Source: Yuukianura sp. NJ FZ-2021 (lineage: Eukaryota). From it: a stretch of DNA of 64,000 nucleotides. Positions 54,896-64,000 of this stretch are shown here, piece by piece. The stretch is taken from assembly GCA_046563655.1 (NCBI GenBank), contig CM102290.1, forward strand, positions 5,022,001-5,086,000, given 5' to 3'. The notes below the pieces were generated by a model. It worked only from the letters and a program-made list of their open reading frames with translations. It was not told the origin of the DNA and did no database searches. Every line of letters begins with the position of its first letter. Within the stretch, counting starts at the first letter, position 1. Both the position numbers and the translations under genes were made by a program.

Positions 54896-57800
54896 GTGAA
54901 GATGGAGAAGCGATTGCCTTGGCTCCGCCGCTGGAAGTGCTGGACGTAGTTCCAGGGTATGAAGCCTTATCTTTTGAATCAGGTTAGTAATACCCCAACT
55001 TTCTTCCCCTACTTTCACCTCAGATAACGTGTATGATTCCGATTCACCTTGCATTTACGCCGATTTTCTACACCTACCGTAAAACTTCTAATAAACGCCT
55101 GGCTGTCTATTTAAAATCTCAACTTTTACCCATATTTTTCCTAACTTCTGACTAATAATGACTTGTGACCTGTGCCCATAAACCTTTAAAATTCCACTTA
55201 AGATGAATCGAAGTAGAACGCAGTAGAAATTTGGCACCATATAACGCCGGCCTTTCTTTGCAAGACAAGTATTGTGGAACTGGAGTCTCGTCGCTTATAA
55301 TAAGTTTTACGGTAATAGAAACCATCCACATAAACACTAAAATGTTGGTAGGTATGTATTGTAGCTATAGTGGGTGTAGGACGCAATATGTTTTAACTCT
55401 GTATCTACGACATTGTTTATTTAATTGTTCCGTTCGTCCTTTGTTTAACCTTATGTCATGTAAAATGTACAGGTAAAGGTTATGTAGCAGTATTTTCTCT
55501 GGGTTTTAAATCAATCACTCTTCGTGAAGCTAGTATACGATCCAATGCAACTAACGAAGAATCAGGTTTCTTTCGGTTGTTTTAACTGGCAAAATTCCTG
55601 CGCTTTCCTCTTTTCCTAACCTTTAAAAATAGCGAACAATAACTCTATTCCAACGATATAAGTTTTATGTAAGCATAAGCCTTAGGTCTGGAAGGAGTAG
55701 TCAAGATGTGCCAGTCATAAATTCAAATCAAAAGCCAGCACGAGTACAAGGTGCAAGGTAGCTGAAAGCATTTTTAAGATTACGCCAAAGAAAAACAACG
55801 TTGCAATATGGGACGGAAGGCGAGATTTTGCAAAGTGCTGAACAGGATGCGTGACAACAACTGATGCGCGTTAGTTATGTTCAAAGTGAAGTGAGCCAAG
55901 GTTTCCGCACTGACGAGATCTTTTCGGATCATTTCCATCACGGAGAGCGTTGCGAAAGAATATATAGTCAGGAGGCTGTTACGTTCGAGTGCCAAAAATC
56001 GAAAGATTTGCTAAAACATAACTATCACAGCGTTTGTGGCTCATTTATTTTCGCGGGACAACATAAGGACACCTCAAGCGACATTTTCTGTGCAAAGAAA
56101 ATAATGTGGCCAGAAGACTCACTGAAGCTTATCCTAGCTTAGCCTTCACCCTAACTTTATTCCAGAACTTTTACGTTTCAATTTAGTCCCTTGGTGAACA
56201 AACACTTAAAGAAGAAAGCACCTAGCTAGTAAAATTTCCACTTCAATTAACTAGGCTCAACCAGTGCGAGAATTTCAATGAGAAATAAATAGCATAGTAA
56301 TAGTAAAAAAAAATAATACAGTAATAAAGTGATTGTCTTTCATGTGTCTCAAATAAAAATGAAAACAATTCTTGTCATTGAATTTTTTAGTTACTGTACC
56401 ACCGCCAGTCCCATACGGTGAATTTATCGTTTCTGAACCAACGGAGAAAAAAGTCGGCTTGCTAACCCAGATGAAGAGCGATATTCGTCTATCCATTCCA
56501 CAGGTCAGTTTATTATGGAGTTTACGTTATAAATCGTAGAAATTAAAGAACGTATGGAATTTAGAAAGTCCCGCCACTTTCTACCTCCTGACATCCGTTT
56601 TGTAACGCCCCATGCGGTTGGTCGATTTTAAATCCTTGATGCTACCTTCTAAACGTTTCGTATTCAGTTATGGAACGTTTATTATCCCACGTTAATAATC
56701 TTCATGAATCCTAAATGTTTGAAAAGTGACGTCACCACCCGTGATAAATTGTATACTTTCTTCAATTTATTTAAAATGCAAATTCCATATAATTGTTACA
56801 AACCTACGCTACCTGCTAATAAATGTTTCATGCGGCAAGGTATGGGGCATGAGCGCATAATTTTTGGTTCATAACGGTCAAATTATCCTGTCGTAAGTTA
56901 ATAACTTTTCCAAAGCGATCACTGCTGAGAGAAGTCAAAATTAAAAAATCAACGGCACGGTCAAGCAAAAAAACCGTGAAACGAAGAGCTTATATATAAT
57001 GCCTACCTTAGTAATAACCAGGGTTGTCAAAAATATTTGCTAAAAATCCCCGAAATATATGGACGAAGAATGTATATTTTTTTAAATTTAATATTTACTT
57101 ATTTAACATTAAGGGCATTGGCAAAGGCAAATAAATAAATATATAGTAACAAAAAACCCGCAAAATTTTTTGTTAACAGTAAGGAAATGGACTCAATATG
57201 TTTGACATCCCTGGTAATAAGAACGTTAAAAGATGTTACTATAGTCGCGGCGACCAATTTAGCTCCGGTTTTTCTTTTTTGAGAGAAATACATTTCTCAC
57301 TCCAAACCCTTTAACACAGATAGTTAGTTATTCTCAATATATAATACCCTCTGGTTATTCTTTACTTTTGTTGTTTTGAATTAGCCGACGCTAAACCGGT
57401 GCTAAACTGGAGCTAAATTGGTTGCCGCGACTTATGATCTAAACTTATAATCTAAACTGAATCTAAACTGCTTTTTGGTTCATTCAGATGACAGAGGAAA
57501 TGGTGAAGGATGCTTTGTTAAGTCATGTTAAGAGTCAATGTTGTTGGGGCCTTGGACCAGTACATCACATGACCCTGAGCAGCATTCGAGACACTTATGC
57601 CTACCATTACATACTCCATACGTTCACAGAAAAGAGAGAAGCGAGGTGGGCCTGGACACCGCACATGGGCATGGGCAGTGAGGTTGACGGGCGGGAAGAA
57701 GGCCGTGTTGCTCCAGCTCCGTGGGACATACCGGCTCAGCCGTCCAAGCCCTTCCATGGAGAGGTCAAAGCTTTCGAGGTAAACTCCTCATCAGTAAATA

Positions 57801-58801
57801 CTAACCGAGTGCGTTTAACTAAATAAGTACTAAAACAGTAATCTGGAGTCTTTTTTGTGCGAAGGTACCTTACACGGCCTCAGTGAAACCGTGCTATCGC
57901 TGCCGCGGGATTGGTACTCTGGGGTGTCCCGTGTGCCACGGAAAGGGCTGGGTACGTAGTAGTATTAACAGTAAGACAAACAACCTGAAACGCCAAGTGC
58001 TTAATTTGTGAATGTATTGATTAGTCACGCTGTCTCGCTTGTGCTGGGGAAGGTTTTGGACTTGGTGTAGGCGAGTCCAGGGAACGCTGTATTGTGTGTA
58101 CAGCGTCTGCGCACGGTCACGGACGACAAGACTGCCCACGCTGTGGAGCCAAAGGACGGATTCCTTGCTCCATCTGTGATTCTTACGGACAACTGAAATG
58201 CTACGTTCAACTTACTGTTTCCTGGTAAGGTAACGATTCCAGTAAAACAGACTTATACTCTCTATACTTATAGGTTCTCTGATTAATACTTAATTGTAAC
58301 CGGATTTAAATAGGAGGGTGGCCGTTGGGGAATACGTTAGTGGTGGTGATACTTTGTCGCCTGAGTTCATAAGACAAGGGGAAGGACAAGTGGGGCTGGA
58401 GGAAACTGGAATACGTTTAACGGCACTACCGCCCGATACCTTCGGACCGGATGAAAGCCTCGCCTTGGCATCAACCCAACTCATCAATGAGCATTTGGAA
58501 AATTCCGCTGATGCGCTACTACTTGCTCAAGTAAATGATTAACTATTATAGTTGCCTAAAGTTAAAAGTGACGCAATTGTACATAATAAAGTTGAATCCC
58601 ACCAATGCAACTTGTCGCCACCGAGGCTGACTCTTTATTTTCTAAACTTTGTAGCGACATCAAGTGCGCATGGTTCCAGTGACGGTGGTTGACTACCAAT
58701 GGAAACGACACCAGGGGAAATTCTACATATATGGCATGGAAAAGCGAGTCTGTGCTCCGAAGTACCCACAGACATGCTGTTGTGGCTGTTCCATTCTATG
58801 A
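54896..58801 (+). CDS. SSUH2: Protein SSUH2 homolog (DnaJ-like CxxCxGxG zinc-finger repeats, C-terminal CaaX); start exon not resolved
   Basis: Exons 54896-54982, 56391-56503, 57488-57778, 57865-57951, 58025-58224, 58314-58530 and 58655-58801 join in frame. Motifs: APPLEVLDVVPGYE, IPQMTEEMVKDALLSHVKSQCCWG, YILHTFTEKR, PWDI, VPYTASVKPCYRCRGIG..CPVCHGKG, CPRCGAKG, FYIYGMEKRVCAPKYPQTCCCGCSIL*. AATAAA follows at 58927-58932. Confidence 0.88.
57019..57213. mobile_element. hAT-type MITE (195 bp) in an SSUH2 intron
   Basis: TIR CAGGG(T/A)TGTCAAA(A/C)ATATT; 8-bp TSD GTAATAAC/GTAATAAG (7/8 match); the TIR is related to that of the 38818 element. Confidence 0.8.
57243..57432. mobile_element. MITE with ~29-bp TIR in an SSUH2 intron
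   Basis: AGTCGCGGCGACCAATTTAGCTCCGGTTT pairs with AAACTGGAGCTAAATTGGTTGCCGCGACT (2 mismatches). Confidence 0.75.
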
Positions 58802-58926
58802 ACCAATCTTTGGGTATCACATGAAGAACTAATGAGTAATGACATGAAATTGCAAATTCGTACCTTTCACCTTATCCACCGATGTTATTTTATTGACGTC
58901 AAAATGAAATGAATATTTATTTCTGT

Positions 58927-58932
58927 AATAAA
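58927..58932 (+). promoter_or_regulatory. Likely polyadenylation signal of SSUH2
   Basis: AATAAA about 125 nt downstream of the stop codon. Confidence 0.5.
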
Positions 58933-59339
58933 GCAACATTTTCCTTGACCGGTGACCATGTTATGAACTTATATTATAGATGCTTAGGTACCATGGGGCA
59001 AAATACTCCGGAATAATCAGTATTTTGTAATAACTCTACGCTATCAGAGCAAACTAAAGAAACGACCTCTGGATATCTGGATCAGGATATCTGGCCTCTC
59101 TCTGGATAAATGAAAACTATTGAACCCTTGATAATAACGTGATGAGTATAAATGCGAATCTTCTAGAACGAATTTAGAACCAACGAACACAAACTTTTAA
59201 TTCAGGTGATATAAATATTTAGGAAAGGGTAAGAACTGAGAATAAATCTTAAGTAGTATTGTTGGAATGAAATGCTCCATAGCTATTTCTATGAGTAATG
59301 TAGGACACTTCCGTGAATCAATTCATTTCCAGGTTGTGT

Positions 59340-62300
59340 TCACGGGATTTTTGCAAGATGCTTAGCGATGATAGTTGTACTGAGCACATTTGGCTTTTCA
59401 TCATCATCCTTTCCAGAATCCATGTTAACGTCGCCATTGGCGTCCTGCTCCGGTTGCAATCTCAAATCTTGTTCCAATTTCCAGCCCCACAAGAATCGAT
59501 TCATCAGACAAAACCTACAGGAACATAACAAAGTTAAACATTATCGTATCGTACTTTCTGCGCTTATCATCATAATGAGTGTATTTCCTTAAACTACACA
59601 ACTTATATCAACATAACAACTTATCAAAAAAAAAAACGTGAGTCTGGATCATAATTCTACACAAAGTTGGAGAACATTCCTAATGCTATTAAATGATTAT
59701 TTTAACTACGTAAATAGTATGCTGTAGCAGGAGTAGGATACTACTACTACATCATTCATACTAGTAAGCATTACTTACAAGGCATCTGCCGGTGCAAATT
59801 TTTCTTTCACAATTCTCATGAACATGATTCCAACGGCGCAATAGACAGTCCCATCATTCTGATGAAGTTGAACTGGTGCCAAAAACTTTGGAGGACCTTC
59901 GTTTTCTTCAAACGTTCGAACGCGTTCATTTTCTTCCACGCTGAACAAAGACAAAAATGGAAACAGTTTAAAGTATTATTTTGCCAATAATAAGGTTACT
60001 AAACAATGAAATTACACTCACTGTTCCATGTGCTTCAGGAAGTACGACAACTCGTAACGTGGTTTAGCTCTGATTTTTGCCAAATCTGGACGGCTGGCCT
60101 TGTTCATGGACGTAGCGTACTTGACAATCAGATCATAACGCTCATTAGCAGCCAATGCACGAATGTCATTTCCACCTTGTAATGAACATATAAAATGAGG
60201 TGCGATTGCGAAAAAGACACTGTATGAGAGGTTGTAATTTAAATTAAAATTACCAAGAATAAGAGCATCAATGATGTGAAAGCCAGTAGTAATAGATTGG
60301 TTTGCCCCGTTCATTTTGATTTCGTCCACCAAATCAGCGTAGACAAGCGTGTTGTTCATCAATTCGATCTTTTCGTTCACTTCGTTCCATTTTGCTCCAC
60401 CAAAACTGTAGTTAAGTGTTCCGCCCAAACACAAAAAGAAAGCACGCATGCGGCCAACAGTAACGAAAATCCATTCCTTTGAATTGGTCATTTCTTCAAC
60501 CAAGTTCATTGGATTCAAATCCATCTCGCCTTGCAACTCGCAATCGCGATAAAAATCTAGTAACAACAAACAAATAACGATCATTAGAAACTATTAAAAA
60601 TCCGAAAATAAAACACATCACATACTTGGCGCGAGGAAAATAATTTTAATTACCAAACGGGTACGGGATGACCAACTTCATTGCTCGCAAATCCGCAGTA
60701 GATGCCTTGGCGTATTTTGGTTTTTGTCGACATTGTTTCGGAATCTGCCACTGTTCGTTGCACTTATTTTGAATTTGTCGAAGACGCTGATTGACATACT
60801 CATTTTCCATTCCAGCCTCCATTTTTTGGAGAAGATATTTTGTTTCTGCATGCTGGCGACGCCCAAGCCTGAAAAAAACATAATAAATAATAATGAACAT
60901 AAATAAAATGAAAATAAATAATGAATTAAACAAATATAGTACATTCAAAACCTATGCATAAATGAGGAAATTGGCTTACTCGGTATTAGTCCGGTAAATG
61001 TAGTCGCAGAATGCCCTGGTGTCTTTAATTCGTTCACGAGCCACCAAATGTACTATATCAGCTGGGTCCTCGGAGCCACGACTATTACGTCGAGAACGCT
61101 TAGCGAGCCAATCGACTTTGTGACACTCCGAAAGGTAGTTGATAATCTCCCGAGTATGGTATTCAGACTTACGCCACTTACAAATGATGTATCTCTCGGA
61201 ACTTGCCGGAAGTGAAGACTCCGGTTTGAAGATAGCGACATCGTCGAAGCAACGGTACATGAGGTAAATAAGTCCAACCGTAAACGGCGTGTAACTGTCG
61301 TAAATGCGACAAACGTAGTGACCACCTTGTCTGATGCATCGAAGGGCACAAAGAAACTCAGCCAAGAATAGGTATTTGCATCGCACTTCTTTCTGATCTT
61401 CATCGACAAAGTCGTTGCGGTCGCCGCCACTGGCAATGCAGAAATGGACGCCTTTATTGTTGGTGCAGTCTTTGACAAACTGTGAGAACTTGGCCACGTT
61501 GTAGGGATTGCTGATGTCCCCAGTCCCTTCAATACCGTCATCCCCATAGAATGCCTCGAAGCTCTCTCGCGGGTAGTGCTCCGCTTGCATCAAATTGTAG
61601 TCCAATTTTCCCCGAGGACTGATCCCGAAGCCTTTAGTATGCCACTTCTTCTTCCAAAGGAAGTACTCTGCAGTACCGCCTGGTCCACCATAAATATCAG
61701 CAAAGTAGAGAAGTTCGTTGGGTCCAATCATGCTCGTGCCATTCCTATCTTTAGGGTTTGATAACCCGTATTCCATTAGTGCATCAATGTTCGCCATTTT
61801 GATAGCCGCTCCGTGATGAAAAATAGCCCCACGCTCAAATTCGAATTCGTTGTAACGATTTCGCACGCTTGCAAACTTCTCCGCACTGATTCGTTTGATG
61901 TGTCCTTTCGCGTCCATCAATTGCTCGAGTGATCGTCTATCGCAGTAAGTACAGTCGATGTACATAGCAGGAGCCTCGGGTGCTACAATACGTTCCATCA
62001 GAAGCATGCTGAAGGTTAGCGGAACCAAACTATGTTCCGGCGGAATCCAATGAATTCTACTTCGCTCTCCCTCTAGCTTTTCTTGGTTAAGTGGAGAAAC
62101 AGTGACGTGTGTTGCGCCAGATACATAGGAATCCTCAGAAGATGATTCCGACATTACATCCATGGCCATACGCCTTGGACTTCCGTCCGTAGAAGATTCG
62201 TCGGACGAAAACTCCAGTTCCCGCTTGTTGCCAGAGAGTAGTTGGCTTCGGGATGGCCCAGGCACCGGAACTGGTGGACGCAGTTGATCCTGATTCACAA

Positions 62301-62562
62301 CTGGTGCCGGACGTCTCAACTTGACGGACACACCACAGTTGTAGAGCTGGCAAAACACCCGAAACGGAGGTGATAGAAGAAGGGTGGCCCATGTCAATCC
62401 ATATTTCTCCGGGTACACGTATGTCTTGAACTGGCTAAAGTACAAACGACCTAATTCCGGAATATCATACCCGTCTGGTGCCCGCTTTTGCAGCAATGAC
62501 CGGATGTTGTTGATGACGTAGTCCGGGATTTCTTCGTTCCCGGGATGTTGAGTACGAAGCAT
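59340..62562 (-). CDS. CMTR1: CMTR1-like cap-specific mRNA 2'-O-methyltransferase (FtsJ/RrmJ fold plus degenerate guanylyltransferase-like region), divergent paralog with a putative N-terminal LOTUS domain; about 863 aa
   Basis: Exons 60980-62562, 60654-60868, 60254-60556, 60022-60175, 59779-59940 and 59340-59514 join in frame (2592 nt). CMTR1 hallmarks: AAIKMANID, LLYFADIYGGPGGTAEYFLWKKKWHTKGFG, FEAFYG..GTGDI, TPFTVGLIYLMYRCF..VAIFKPESSLPASSERYIICK, HIIDALILG..DIR, SRPDLAKIRAK. The first in-frame ATG is at 62562, with an in-frame TAA upstream. Confidence 0.87.
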
Positions 62563-63928
62563 TCTTGATCCTGTTTGAATCCCTCGTTTGTCGTCCACTC
62601 TTTTGACCTCCGAATCAATTCGTAATTAAGCCACTCCTGATGCCGCCGTCGTCGAATACTGCTAATCCAAAGTCTTGCTCTCTCTCCCTCTTTCCAAACC
62701 GCACTGAAGAAGAAAAGCTCTCCTTTCGTCTCCTCTCGTCTTCGGCGTCTCTTCTTCACATATGAAGATGTTCTACGCTAATCCTCTGAAAACTCTGAAA
62801 ATTATTGCATGCGTTAGGTAGTACCATTTCAGGTTTCTATTCTGAAAGACCACGAAACCGAGCTCGAATGATTTCTTTCGTCCTCACTTGGTCAATTGTT
62901 TTAAACAATTATTACGTTGATGTATGTTTAGATTATTACTTAAATATTAATTATTAATACCACAATTATTATAGTACCTAGGATTTTGGAGCAGTTAAGT
63001 AACTCGAGTTGACGACAACAATGGTCACTGCGGCTATCAGGTCGGTGGATGTATTTAGTAATTATTGTTTTTGTCGTTTTACTCGTATAGGCGAAAAGGA
63101 AATGAAAATTGGCTTTAAATCACATTGCATAATGAAAGTTTGAACATAAGCATGCTTGTTGCTTTCCCCAAACTAATCAAAACCATTTACTATTAAACTA
63201 CTGAGTCTTGAAACCAACCTGTACACAAAAGCTATAAATATTAATTGAAAATTGTAAATTCCGAACACAGAGAGCGGATTTCGCATACTAACGTAGGATT
63301 GCTTGGTTTCTAAATTGGGTATAAATATTCTGCCAGTTGTTCTTGAAAGAACTGGCTTCTTTTTTTTAATGAATTTTGCAATTCCTAGCTCAACGTGAAC
63401 AATTGAACCTAAGAGTTAACATACTTCTATGGGATTGTATTATTTTAACCCAATAAGCCGTTGAATAGTAGATAATCTATAATAGAGTACTAAATTCAGT
63501 TCTCACCACAACACTATAAAATTTCATGGATCGAATATCGTTGTTTCAAGCATGACTATAATAGTACTTAATGTCAAAGGAAATTATTGTATCGTTTCTG
63601 CCTATGAATTCGTGTGTAAAAATTGCGTAATTGATTACTATCCAATTTTCATTTTAAAAAGAACAGCATGCTGGAACAGCGTAGGCAGAAATCGTGATAT
63701 GCTGACATTTCAGACGTCACAGAGTATTAGGGACGAACCATTTACAACTTTTGCTTCTTCCTTTCTCCGGTTGACGTAAACTGTAACACCCTCGTATGTG
63801 TAGCCGCACATATAGACTCCAGAAAAAGTTTACTAGTGGCTTTTCCCAATAAGGGAAAAAATCACGATTGGAGGATTGGAAGTAGGCTCCTCCCCCAGTA
63901 CCGTAAGATTTCTGGTAAACGGTCAGTC

Positions 63929-64000
63929 TGTGCGCAGTAGCGCAGATTGTGCGCAGTAGCGCAGATTGTGCGCAGTAGCGCAGATTGTGCGCAGTAGCGC
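63929..64000. repeat. 19-bp tandem repeat running off the window end
   Basis: Perfect copies of TGTGCGCAGTAGCGCAGAT, about 3.8 units visible. Confidence 0.92.

Noticed and set aside
61053..61547. 164-aa alternative-frame ORF within the CMTR1-like exon
   Set aside because: It is a shadow frame of a real coding exon with no recognisable motif.
62563..62759. GTG start at 62598 and the overlapping 102-aa ORF 62451-62759
   Set aside because: These use non-ATG starts from a prokaryote-style ORF caller. The first in-frame ATG is 62562, and the upstream ORF is low-complexity 5' sequence.

Overview
Eukaryotic (invertebrate, probably arthropod) genomic DNA with short GT-AG introns; nothing prokaryotic and no CRISPR array. 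The window has three parts. (1) ~1-35 kb has no recognisable gene, but shows recurring G-rich-then-C-rich blocks between AT-rich spacers and a few MITEs. (2) ~35.6-40.6 kb is a dense cluster of nested non-autonomous DNA transposons: hAT-type elements with 8-bp TSDs, a Tc1/mariner-type MITE, a 35-bp palindromic minisatellite and a BED-finger remnant. (3) ~41-63 kb holds three spliced genes reconstructed by hand: an integrin alpha of the alphaPS1/mew type (minus strand, 13 exons plus a 27-nt candidate microexon), an SSUH2 homolog (plus strand, 5' end unresolved) and a CMTR1-like cap 2'-O-methyltransferase gene (minus strand). The most notable observation is the CMTR1-like protein. It appears to have an N-terminal LOTUS/OST-HTH domain in place of the G-patch, it lacks the WW domain, and two of its four K-D-K-E catalytic residues are substituted (D->S, K->R). 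It is therefore a candidate germ-granule-targeted pseudo-methyltransferase or cap-binding protein. All family assignments come from remembered motifs, not database searches.
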